A stretch of 64,000 nt of DNA, from positions 110,856,001-110,920,000 of the forward strand of contig NC_067401.1 of NCBI RefSeq assembly GCF_016432865.1, in the 5' to 3' direction. The DNA is from Antechinus flavipes. Its lineage: Eukaryota. Position 1 is the first letter of the stretch, and each line of letters begins with the position of its first letter. A program made the position numbers and the translations under genes. The notes beneath the pieces are model-generated. The model was not told where the DNA came from and searched no databases. It saw only the letters and a list, made by a program, of their open reading frames with translations. Below are positions 30,940-43,100 of this stretch, piece after piece.

Positions 30940-32620
30940 ATTAGTGTTTAATTTTCTTTGTCTTCATCCTACCTGGTTTAGGTATCAATACCATACCTGT
31001 GTCAGAAAAGGAGTTTGGTAGGAGTCCTTTCCCTATTTTATCAAATAGTTTATATAGTATTGGAGTTAACTGTTCTTTAAAGGTTTGGTAGATTTCACAT
31101 GTAACTCCATCTGGTCCTGGAGATTTTTTCTTAGGGAGTTGATTAATAGCTCGTTCTATTTCTTTTTCTAAAATGGGACTATTTAAGTAATTTATTTTCT
31201 CTTCTGTTAATCTGGGCAATCTATATTTTTGTAGGTATTCCTCCATTTCACTTAGGTTATCAAAATTATTGACATAAAATTGAGCAAAATAACTCCTAAT
31301 TATTGCTCTAATTTCCTCTTCGTTGATGGAAAGTTCCCACTTCTCATTTTTGAGACTGATAATTTGATTTTTCGCTTTCCTTTTTCTAATCAAATTAACC
31401 AAAGGGTTTATCATTTTGTTGGGTTTTTTATAAAAGCAATTTAGTTTTATTTATTAATTCAATAGATTTTTTTACTTTCAATTTTATTAATCTCTCCTTT
31501 TATTTTTAGAATTTTAAGTTTGGCTGTGCATACCCCTTGACCCAGCAGTGTCAAGAAGCAGTGGCTTCTATCCCAAAGAGATCTTAAAGGAGGGAAAGGG
31601 ACCCAGACGTGCAAATATATTTGTGGCGGCCCTTTTGTGTAGTGGCAAGAAACTGGAAACTGAGTGGATGAATATCAATTGGAGAATGGCTGAATAAGTT
31701 ATGATATATGAATGTTATGGAATATTATTGTTCTGTTAGAAACGACCAACAGGATGATTTCAGGGAGGCCTGGAGAGACTTCCATGAACTGATGTTAAGT
31801 GAAGTGAGCAGAACCAGGAGATCATTGTACATGCAACAACAAGATTATGTAATCATCAATTCTGATGGACATGACTCTCTTCAACAATGAGATGATTCAA
31901 ATCAGTTTCGATTGTTCAGTGATGAAGAGAACCACATACAACAGAGAGAGGACTATGAGAACTGAGTATGGACCCCATTCACTCTTTCTATTGATGATTG
32001 CTTGCATTTTGTTTTCTTCCTCAGGTTTTTTCCCCCTCTTGATCCGATTTTTCTTGTGCAGCAAGATAACTACATAAATATGTATACATATATTGGATTT
32101 AACATATATTTTAACATATTTAACATGTATTTTGGACTATCTGACATCTAGGGGAGGGAGGGGGGGAAGGAAGGAAAAATTTGGAACAGAAAGTTTCGCA
32201 AGGGTCAATGTTGAAAATTACCTATGCATGTTTTGTAAATAAAACGCTTTAATAAAATTTTAAAAGAGAGACAATTGGTAAGCTTGAAAAAAAAATTCCA
32301 AGTTTGGTATTTGATTGGAGGTTTTGAATTTGTTCTTTTTCCAGCTTTTTTAGTTATTTTATTCAAGTAAGCATTTAGAAAGATAAAATTTCCCCTTATT
32401 ACCACTTTGGCTGCATCCCACAAATTTTGATATGTTGTCTCATTACTGTCATTCTCTTGGATGAAATTATTGTGTCTATGATTTGCTGTTTCACCCATTC
32501 ATTCTTTAGGATGAGATTGTTTAGTTTCTAACTAATTTTTGGTCTATTTTCCCCTGGCCTTCTCTTGAACGTAATTTTTATTGCATCATGATCTGAAAAA
32601 AATGCATTTACTATTTCTGT
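30940..32620 (-). mobile_element. Older LINE-1 ORF2 fragment (endonuclease end to RT start), split by a nested L1
   Basis: Minus-strand ORFs give [18 protein letters not shown] (32308-32620) and [28 protein letters not shown] (30941-31414). Confidence 0.88.
31524..32299 (+). mobile_element. Nested 5'-truncated LINE-1 3' end (different subfamily)
   Basis: NVMEYYCSVRND..REAWRD ORF2 end, 3'UTR and A-tail; TSD AAGTTTGG (31516-31523 / 32300-32307) at a TT/AA site. Confidence 0.88.
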
Positions 32621-32934
32621 CGGAAAGGTGAAAATTAAATCTCTGCCTTTATAATGTTTACATTCTAATGTGAGACACAAGATGGAGATAACTGTGTTTT
32701 TTACAATATATAACAATGAAAATTAAAAACAATTTTAGAAAAAAGGCATGAGGATGGGAAATTCCAGCAAAAGATTTCTTTGCAGAAGATGAAATTTGAG
32801 CGGAGTCTTGAAGCAACCCTGGGATATTACATGGAGATAATAAGGGAGAGCATTCTACCAATGTGGAACAAGCTGGTGAAAAGACATGGAAGTTGAACAT
32901 GGGGTGATTCTGGAAGCAGTCTGATTCACAAGCT

Positions 32935-33165
32935 TGCAATGGCTTGTAGAGCAGCTAGTTGGCACAGAGAATAGAAGACTGAACCAAGAACTGGGAAGAT
33001 ATAAATTCAAATCCAGGTAGAGACCCTTACCAGCTATGAGACCCTAGACAAGTCACTTAATTTGATTCAGTATTCTCATCTCTAAAATGAGTGCAATAAC
33101 AGCATCTACAAGGATTGCAAGGAGCCAATGAGATAATTGTCAAATGTTCAGTATAGTGCCATAGT
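32935..33165 (+). mobile_element. MIR-type SINE
   Basis: CAAGTCACTTAA..TTCTCATCTCTAAAATG core; boundaries approximate. Confidence 0.6.
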
Positions 33166-34399
33166 TCAGTATGCCCTGCTGGGCAGCTAAACCGTTAAAA
33201 ACACACACAAAAACAAACCCAGGCTAAGATTATGGGCAGACGGATGAGAGAGTGGGCCTGGCTTCCCATTGATCTTTGTATACCTTACAGAACCTCTCAC
33301 TTCCCTTTTATATTATTTTTTCCCCTTTTATTTTTTTAAGGTACCTTTAATTTGTAAATAAAATAAACATGTAAAAAATTGTTTCAGTGATAGAAGTGTC
33401 TGCCTCTGAGTTGGGTTATATTCTCTAAAATCTGGAAAACATAAAAGGAGCAATAACATAGTGAAAGCACTAGACTTGGAGTCGGAAAAACTGAGTTTAA
33501 CTTCTGCCTTTGCAGAATCTCTGGGATTCTTCATCAGTAAAAGAGGACTAACAATACTTCGGACTACTTACCTCACATTAGGGTTGCTGTGAGGATCAAA
33601 TGAAATAATGTTATATCAAATAATTCTACATAAATTTAAGTTAGTATTATATAACTATGCTGCTCCAAGTAGTGATCAAGCATTTGCTTGGAACAGTGCT
33701 CCTAGCACCCATTAAGGGTCAAATAACTATCTAGCTGAATTGAATAAGGAGCATCAGCACGTGCATTCAACCTTCTCTATTTCGTTCCACTATGAAATGT
33801 TTGTGGTACTCATGGAATGCTCATGACGTTGCATTTCCAAGCCCCCATTTGTAGTCCAAGACTGAAATCCTGAGATAAAGGGGGAAAATGAAATTTGGTA
33901 GATCTGCCCGATCCTGCACCGCTTACGTTTAAGCTATCCGGAGGGACTGGGGTGTGTATGTGTGAAGGGTATGGTTAGATACTAACAAAGCCCAAGACAC
34001 AGTCACACGCGGGAGTAGGGGAGGAATAGAGGGGGGCGCTGCTGCTCTTTCCCTGAAGATTTTGAGCTTGGGGGGAGAGGGGGGGGAGAAGACACCCATT
34101 TCCACTTTGAAAGCGAGGAGTCCGTCATTATTTGAGTTTCAGCACGGTAACTGGGCAAAGGCGGGGCACTGATTGCCCTACAGCTCAGCATTTTCTCTCC
34201 ATCCGCAGCTGATCAGGCGACCGAAGGATCTCAAAGCACTTCCTAGGACCGACTCAAGCCCCAGGCCAGAGGATAAGGTTTCGGGACAGGCGGGGCAGTA
34301 GCGAGGGAAAGAAAAAACGTAGGAGAGATGTGGCTGACGCCTTGCCGGAACACCCGGACGCCCTCCAGCACGTTCTCCATTGGCCCTTCCATCAGTCTC

Positions 34400-34898
34400 A
34401 AAAAGCCATTTCCTCTCCCAACTCCTCGCCGCCTTCCTCGACGGACAAGTTCCCGCGAGTAAACGTGAAGACGACGGCGACGTGCGCGACCCCGACGGGA
34501 GGAGTCGGAGGGAGCTGGGAAAGGACGCAGGACGTGCGTGCGTGCTCGCTCGCGGCGGCGGCGGCGGCGGCGGAGTGGAGCGGCCGGAGCCGGAGCCGGG
34601 GCCGGGGGCCGGAGCCGGAGCCGTGGCCGGGGCCAGGCCCGGGGTGGGAGGCGAGCTGCGGGCGGCGTGGAGGCGATAGATCCCAGGGGGCGGGAGAGGG
34701 CCGGGCGCAAGCGGAACCGAGCGCAGCGGGGCCCGGGGCCGGGTTCGGTGGGTCCGAGGCCCCAGGTTGCGTGGGGCGGGCGGGAGGGAGGAGCCGCAGA
34801 CCGTCGCCGCGGGGGGTGGGGGGCCGGTCTCCGGCCGCAGCGCCGCCGCCATCACGGACTTCCTGTGGGACAAGCGCACGGGCCTCGCAGCCAGAACG
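34400..34898 (+). other. CLK2: CLK2 exon 1 (AUG-free leader); 5' end approximate
   Basis: Ends ...GCAGCCAGAACG|GTGAGC donor at 34898/34899; exon 2 starts directly with ATG at 37231. Confidence 0.8.
34553..34573 (+). repeat. (CGG)7 repeat in the CLK2 5' leader
   Basis: Direct reading; followed by GGAGCC/GGGGCC hexamer repeats. Confidence 0.85.
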
Positions 34899-37230
34899 GT
34901 GAGCGCGCGGCCTGGCGGGCCACGGGGGCGCGCGGCAAGATGGCGGGCGCGGGGGCGCGCGCCGCGGGGAGGACCGGAGACTGAGGGCGCCGGCCCCAAA
35001 GGGGACCTGGGGTCGCGGCCGTGCGAGAGGGCGAGAGGCCGTTGCTAGTTGTTGAAGGAGGCAGTGGTTTTGAGAAAAGGAAGGATGTGGGAGGGGGCTG
35101 GCCCTGTCCTCTAAGAATCCGGAAGGTATGGGGAAGGGGGGAAGGGGCCGAAGTGACCAGGGGTCAGGGACCGAGGTGTGTCGAGTAGTTTCGTGGACCG
35201 AACACGTTAGGAGGAGATCGGCTGGGGCTCCGAAACCACAGGCTGCTGGTTCACCTCGGTAGCTTCTTGGGCCATGATTGCTTGAGCAACTAGGAAAAAA
35301 GAAGAGACTTACAAGTTTGTCGTACAAGAGGTTTCCCTAGAAGTTTATGATAACGGAGGTGCAGACTTGGAACATGGTTGCTGGAGCAAATGGAGGGGGG
35401 AGGGGGAGAGACATAGAAGTTGGCGGTGTGGTAGGTTTCCTTAAGAGTAGCTTAAAGGAAGATGCTCCGTAGGAAACATCTAGGTGCAGGTGAGGTTCTA
35501 GAACTAGATTGAAATGCCAAGAGCATTTTCAGTGCTTGGAAATTGTAAGGTTTTTATAGGTTTAAGATTACAAAAGCATGCTGTGAGTACATTGTCTCAG
35601 TTTATTAGTTATAACTTTAAGAAGTAAGGTAAATATTCTTAATTTACAGATGAGGAAGAAGTAACTAGTATCTTGAGAAATTGTTGTTTTTAGTGTGTTT
35701 CCTTTTGTTCTTTACTCGCGGACCAGGAGTCTAGCCAAATATTGGTCTCCTCACTTAGGAGTTGGGAGTGAGGAAGAGATTCGGAATGTGACCCAGATGT
35801 CTGAGTAGTGTACTGGAACTCTTACCACATGGAATCTTCTACTCCTGAAACCCTCCCTTTTCCTTGTTTGTATGCACATACAAATACAAATGCACATACA
35901 ACCCTTTCCAATCTCAATCACCTAAGATTACTGTTTCCCTCAGAAAGTTTCCCACAATTGGCTTGTGGGGAAGAAGGAGAAAAAGGATTAGTGTTCTTCC
36001 TCCTCCTTCCTACCCCTCCACAGCAGTTGGAGAGTAGTCAGTTTTATCCAAGTGCTGATATCAATTTAAAAACCAGCCATTCTTCATACCTTCTGAATAT
36101 GAGAGGGCAACAGTATTGGAAAGCAGATTCCAGCTAGAGGCTCTCTAAAGAAAACATTGTAAGGGAGATTGGGGGTGGGAAGGACCACTCCAAGATGATA
36201 CTTACTTTTTTATTCTGTACAATTACCTGCATCCTGCCAAGTGTTCTAGGGGGTTAGTAGAGTATTGGCAAAGGGAATTAGATATAAAATTAAGATTCTT
36301 GTCTTTAATATATTTACAGGCTAGATGAAGAAACAGTATGAACACAAAGTGGCATTAGATCATATAAGCAATACACTTTGAAGGCTTGCTATATATTCCA
36401 TAAGCAAAAATAGCTTAACACAGATCTGTTCTGTGTTGTATCCCATCCAAAGATGAACCATAGAAAGGTCCCATGATAACAGTCTTGCCAATTATAATCT
36501 CACAATCTTTCAGCCACTATCCAACAGTTGTTTACTTTAAATCTCTATTATGTGTAAATCATTGTGGTAGATGTATGGAGAGGAATAAAGAATATAGAGA
36601 CTTTTCTTCTGTGAAAAATATAGTCAAGGAAGGGAATAGGACACAAACAGTTATTACAAGATAACATACGTGTATGCAAAACTTCAAAGTGTTAAGTTGG
36701 GAATGACTGAGGAAAAGTTCATGAAGAAGGAAATGTTTTAAGGTTGGCTTTATATGATAGAATTTCAGTAGATGGGTGGGAGAACCACTCCAGTTAAGAT
36801 ACCTTACAGTTCTGGGACATCGATCCCTAGAATTGTAGTAGCGAATGGAACAGTAGAAGGAACTGAGGATATCATTCCAGGGAAAAAGAACAGTGAGAGC
36901 AAAAGCAAGGATAATAGATCCAAAAGACCATATTTTATATGTGTTTCAGCGATGAAAGCATATAATGCTAAGGAAAGTCAAGGTAGAAGAGTAATTTAGG
37001 TAGGATTATTTATGAAAATCTTGTAATTTTGAGCTAGATTGGAAAGGAGGAAAGGATATCACTAGTGAGATGGAGTGAGATGCACAAAGGCAGGAATATG
37101 TTGTAGTTGATAAAGGAGGTCATATAAGAAGCTGATTATTCAACACCACAGGTCTTTGTAGGAGAGACATAAAGATCAGTGTTGATCATGAAACCCTGTC
37201 TCCCTCACTTGTCTCCTCCTCTTCTCTCAG

Positions 37231-40150
37231 ATGCCTCACCCCCGAAGATACCGTTCTTCAGAGCGGGGCAGCCGGGGCAGCTACCATGAACACTACCGCA
37301 GTCGAAAACATAAGCGTAGGAGAAGCCGTTCTTGGTCCAGCAGCAGTGACCGGACTCGGCGGCGCCGGCGAGAAGACAGCTATCATGTCCGTTCTAGGAG
37401 GTGAGGAGCTAGGAAGTCATTAGGGAACTCAGAGTAGGAAAAAAAAATGTCAACAGAAATGCATGATTGCAAAATTGGAATAATTTTGTAAATTTTGCAA
37501 CTGTTATAGTATCAACAATATTTATTAAATGCCCATTCTAAATAGGAGTTGATAGTGATGAAGAACATTAGAATATTGTTGAGGTTCTTGTTTACAATGT
37601 ATTAGTAGTTTAGTCAGTGAGGCAGAACACACATAAAGTGACCAAAGATTAGTAAGATATAAGATAGGTCTGTGAGAGTGCTGGTGTTGTGGATAATGAG
37701 TGGAATTCAGGAAAATTGTCTAAAAAGAGGTCAATGCCTCTTAAAGAAGGGGATAAAAAGAGATCAAGTTGGTTTTGTTTTGTGCTGTATTTTGAGGAGG
37801 TGGGTGGTGCTTATATGTATGTGGGGCTGTTTTCTTTGGGTATTTTATCTCACTCTCTCAGGGGTTGGGCTCCTGAGATAACTAGGAGAAGATAGCTATT
37901 TCCTAGTAGAGCTTCCTTTTTTTTCCCCTAAGCTAATAGAAACTGGAGAAGAGAAGGAGAATGAGTTTATGTTGTTTGATTTCATATGGTATGGCAGTGT
38001 CTAATTGTACAAGAATGGGAAAGAAGCCTTTCCTAAATCAAAAAGGTTTAATCTTTAGGACTTCTTTCTGTCCTTTCAGCTATGATGAGCACTCTTCTGA
38101 CAGGCGGGCTTATGACCGACGATACTGTGGCAGCTACAGGCGTGACTACAGTCGGGACCGAGGGGAACCTTACTACGAAGCTGAGTATCGACATTCCTAT
38201 GAGTACCACCGGGATGACAGCTATCGTAGTCAGCGCAGTAGCCGTAGGAAACACAGGCGGCGAAGACGACATAGCCGGACATTCAGCCATTCATCTTCGG
38301 TGAGTACTCAACATCATCTCTTCTCTCCCCATTCTTCAAGACTCTTAGGATTCTGGGTAAGTAGGAAATGACCTGCTCTCATCTATGCTACGGGGTGTGA
38401 ATACTGTGGTGGGCACTAGACCAGTCCTCCTCTTCTGAACCTCTCTGGCTCTTAAAGGACACCAGGACATTAGAACTTGGATTATGTGGACACTATGCCT
38501 GTATGCTTACTAAGTGCCCTCCTTGGCGTATTATACCTGCTGTTCTTAGGAAGATCAGCTCTGTTCTAAACGCTTTGATTGCCTTTTATTATCTAGTAAT
38601 AATAGTTAATTTTAAACTGAGGCTTTGCTTGGGATATGCCTCTCTCCCTCAGGCTCTGGGCTCTGTACCCATTTCTGTGGGGGTAACTGGTGGGGGGTAG
38701 GGTAAATCTCTGCCCCATGGAGGAGACATTGTTGTCTGTCATGGGACTGTGGTGACTATAGCAACTAAACCACTTCTTTGCTCTGCCCCATCCCTCCTCC
38801 TGACCCCACTTTGGATTTGGGGACCTGGGATTGTACGTCGCTCTCTCTTCTGTCCCCAATCCACCTTATTACATCTGACGTATTACCTTCCGCTGTCCCC
38901 CATCATCGTCTGTCCCCCTTGGCTGGGCGCCTGTGACCGGTGGCCCCTCTACCATTCACCCCGCCTCCCTTCGGCCCCCGCTCCGACACCTGGCTCGCTC
39001 CTACCCCCCACCGTCCCCTGACAGCAGCACAGCAGCCGGAGAGCCAAGAGTGTGGAGGACGACGCTGAGGGTCACCTCATCTACCACGTCGGGGACTGGC
39101 TACAAGAGCGATGTACAAGCCAAATCGTAACAATCCTATAGCTTGTAATGGTCCTATAAACATCTTAATCTCCCCTATGCCAACCCAAGTCACTGCCTCT
39201 TCTGTCTCTTCTCTGTGATGTTTGTCATATGGGTGGTTTGAGTTGTTATTATAAATTGATCCCTATAGCCCACTTCCAGTTCTTCTGACCCTGGGTTTAG
39301 GTGGTGGGAATCAGTCAGGGGTCTCCTCCCATGACTTATCTGTCTCCCCTTTCTGTCATCTCCTACCCCCAGGTCAGTATGCTCATCTTCTACCAATTAA
39401 ACTTACCCTGCCTTTTCTCTCCTTCCCTCTCCCCCCAATCCCATTCTGTACCATTTCAGATGAGATTGTGAGCACTCTAGGAGAAGGGACCTTTGGCCGA
39501 GTTGTACAGTGTGTGGATCATCGAAGGTATGAACTCCTCTTTCTTAACCCTTTTTGTCCCCCCGGATAACCCCAGAAATAGAGGGATGGATCATATCTAG
39601 GGCACACTTTGCTTATTTCTAAATCTCTTAGACAATCTCATAGATTCTGGAGTGTTCTTTAGTACCCACCAACAGTTTTTCCTGCCATCTTGCAGGGGTG
39701 GAGCTCGGGTTGCCCTAAAGATCATTAAGAATGTGGAAAAGTACAAGGAGGCAGCACGACTGGAAATCAATGTTCTGGAGAAGATCAACGAAAAGGACCC
39801 AGACAATAAGAAGTAAGCAGGGCAGGAAAGGAAAGCCTGAGTTTCCATCCTCCTTACACAGCAGAGACACCCAGGATTTGGGGGGCACTTGGAAAACAGG
39901 AAGAAACAAGGGGATATAAGTCTTCTTCTTGTTGTTGTCATTTTTCTATTTATCTCCAATAATATCATGCTAAATTTCATTTTTAAAAATTTAATAAGCT
40001 CTTAATTTTAGATGGTAATAGAGCTTTTTGTAATGACATAATCCTTGATATCTGGAGTATATGATCTCAAAAAGATGCAGTTTATATGGATACTTTGCAT
40101 AAGACATACTGGCAGTAGAAAAGCATTAAGCCAAAATATGAAATAGAAGA

Positions 40151-40181
<31 letters not shown>

Positions 40182-43100
40182 CTCGTGCTCGCGCTTGTTG
40201 CATGTACACATACACATATTCTAGATAGAAGAATATAACAACAAGCATTTAATTTGCACTTAGCTCATGCCAGGTGTATGTTAGCTTTAGTGACATGTAG
40301 TTTTGTTGGTATGGATGCCTTCGCTGATGCCTGAGGCTCAGATTATGACTTGCCCATGATCACAAAGCTGGTAAGTATCACAGTCAGTCTTTAAACCTTG
40401 GTCTTCCTGACTCTGGCTCTCTCTTTTATAATATAAGCTTCTTTGTGTGTGTGCATGTGCACATATATGGGTAGACATGTAAATGAATTGGAGGTGTGTA
40501 TGCATACATATAACAAACATTGGTTAAGGGTGAGTGCATTTTAGCAATGAGGCCGGGAAAAAATACATGCTAGTCGCAGAAGCCGGAGAATAATATATTT
40601 GTAGTGCATGGGATAGAAGACAACCAAGTAAGTGAAGATAGCCTAGGACATAGAATGGACACATGCTCTGGATCTAAGTCTCCTCTTAGGTGGCATCTAA
40701 GACTCTATCCATCCCTGCATCTGTTTTCTCTGATCAATCCAGGAAGACTTCATAAGGGAAACAGAATCTCCAGAGCTATTTAGTGATGGAAGAAAACTAG
40801 CTTGATGATTTTCCAGCATCATGTGCAAAAGAGCTCCTGAGTGCAGTCATGTTGTTGGCCACAGGCTAGGCAGGGCCCCTGACCAGCCCTGAATCTGCTG
40901 ACCTTGTCCTGCCATGTGAGCCCACCCTGCCACCGCTGCAGGCGGAGGAGGAGCAGGCAGAGGGGGTTCACTGCTCTCCCCTTCCCTCTCTCCTCAGCCT
41001 GTGTGTCCAGATGTTTGACTGGTTTGACTACCATGGCCACATGTGTATCTCCTTCGAGCTCCTGGGCCTCAGCACTTTCGACTTCCTCAAAGACAACAAC
41101 TACCTGCCCTACCCCATCCACCAAGTGCGCCACATGGCATTCCAGCTGTGTCAGGCCGTCAAGTGTGAGTGGGGCGGGCAGAGGCGGGCTCAGGGCAGTG
41201 CCCCCTCCCTAGGGGACCTCTTCAGGCTCAGCTTCACGCTCGTGAAGCCCTTGAGCACCGAACTCTTGACTAAAATCTGCAGTTCTTGCTTTCAATGTTA
41301 CCTTGACATCCTCTTCTTCTGACTTAACTCCTTGGCTGATGTTACTACCACCGTCTCTCTTTACTGTCACTCTACATTCAGCCCATCTGGAGCTGGAAGA
41401 CAAGGCCTTTGAAACCAAAACACTTTAATTATTGCTTTCCAACTCTCTTTCCAGGGAAGGTACAAGCCAGACATCCAGTGTTTAGATAGGGCCGTTTGGC
41501 CTAGGCTAGGAGCTGCATTCATCAGAGGGGGTTGATGTCCACCCTCAGCAACAACACGGGGAACAGAGACTAGTTGAGTTGACCTAGTGTTCAGGATAGG
41601 GAATCTGGACAGCTTCATGGTTCTTCTTGAGTCAGATCTTAATAGGGCAACTTCATGAATTGCTTTGAAGTATGGGAGATTTCTGTAGCATCAGATGCCT
41701 CCTTGTATCTGGGTCAGTACAAAAGATTTTTCCGAAGCCAGATACATGGTTTCAAGATCATTCTGTTTTTTATAACCTATCACAGTTTCCCCTCCTTTGG
41801 CACTGAGAATTGAATGTATCCATTTCTCTGTAGACCTTGTAGATGATTATCAGCCGTGAGTCAGAAAGGTTCTTGGTGCAGTCAGTTAATTGGCTGGATA
41901 ATAGGGAGTACTCCTGAACGGTTCCTAGATACAACCTCCTCTGTTCTGATCCCACCTATTGGACTAGGCTGGGATGCTTCAGCCCTGACCTTGCTTAGGA
42001 CTTGGCTTGACCCCACCCTCTCCCCTGCAGTCCTCCATGACAACAAGCTGACACATACGGACCTCAAGCCAGAAAACATCCTGTTTGTGAATTCGGATTA
42101 TGAACTCACCTACAACCTGGAGAAGGTGAGAGGGCTAGAGCCTGCCCCCTTGGCAAAGGGGTAGGGGCAGCTGTGCCACTTCCAATTGTTCCCTTGCTTC
42201 CTGTCCTTTCACCTTTATGTCTCCCACATCTTCTCCTTTCTCCCTGCCTCCACTTCAGTTCCCACTAAGACCAAGAATACCAGAATAGAACGAAAGGAAG
42301 AAAATCAGCTTAAATTGCAAGAGAATTTGAGAAAAACTAAGAAGTACTTTTCAGTTGGGAGGTTTTTTTTTTTTTAATTCTGTCAACTGTTACATTAATG
42401 ATGTTGATTCCACATTTCTGTAGTTCTGGCTAAACTTACGTTCCAGTCTGCTCTTTCTCTTCCTTCAGATAGTCTGTTAGGCTATTGAGTTCAGCTAGTT
42501 TGCATACCCAGAGAAAAACCACCAAAGAGAAAAGCTGAGTGGGGATCAAAGGGGGATAGCACTGGCCTTCTTCCCCTGACTCTAGCCATCATTCATATAT
42601 ACGCAAAGGTGTATATACATATATGCTCACATTCTTATTTAGATAAACAAGTGCTACACATTGAGAAATATTCTGCGATATATGTAGACTCAGATTGGCA
42701 GATAATCATTCTTGATTCTCAACTGGCCTCCACTTCTGAAAGTACTTAGCTGAGGTAGATGTGGAGGCTGGGAAGCAAGAAGTGTCTCTGGCTGGTGAAG
42801 GAGTGGGCGGGAGGCAAAAGTGGCACACATCCTCAAGAATTCTTTGTGAGAATGAATGCTTCAGTGCTTGAAGCACAAGGCCAAGTCATAGCTATGCCAA
42901 AAGCTGAAATTAAGTCTCTGCTTGTCTTTATTCTAGAAACGGGATGAACGGAGTGTGAAGAATACAGCAGTGCGGGTAGTGGATTTTGGCAGTGCCACTT
43001 TTGACCACGAACACCATAGCACCATTGTCTCCACTCGACATTACCGAGCTCCAGAGGTCATCTTGGGTAAGGGAGAGTAAGATCATCTGGGGTGGGGTGG

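Larger units (their letters stand above)
33900..35400. promoter_or_regulatory. CLK2: CLK2 CpG-island promoter
   Basis: Extreme CpG density, GC boxes and a YY1-like GCCATTT surrounding non-coding exon 1. Confidence 0.85.

Noticed and set aside
30940-32620. Twin-priming 5' inversion of a single L1
   Set aside because: The plus-strand piece has its own TSD and the minus-strand L1 continues on both sides, so it is a nested insertion.
34178-35327. Long antisense ORFs (273 and 309 aa) at the CLK2 promoter
   Set aside because: Low-complexity Pro/Ala/Arg/Gly translations typical of stop-poor CpG islands.
40819-41212. Antisense and alternative-frame ORFs over CLK2 exon 7
   Set aside because: By-products of the exon's codon composition.
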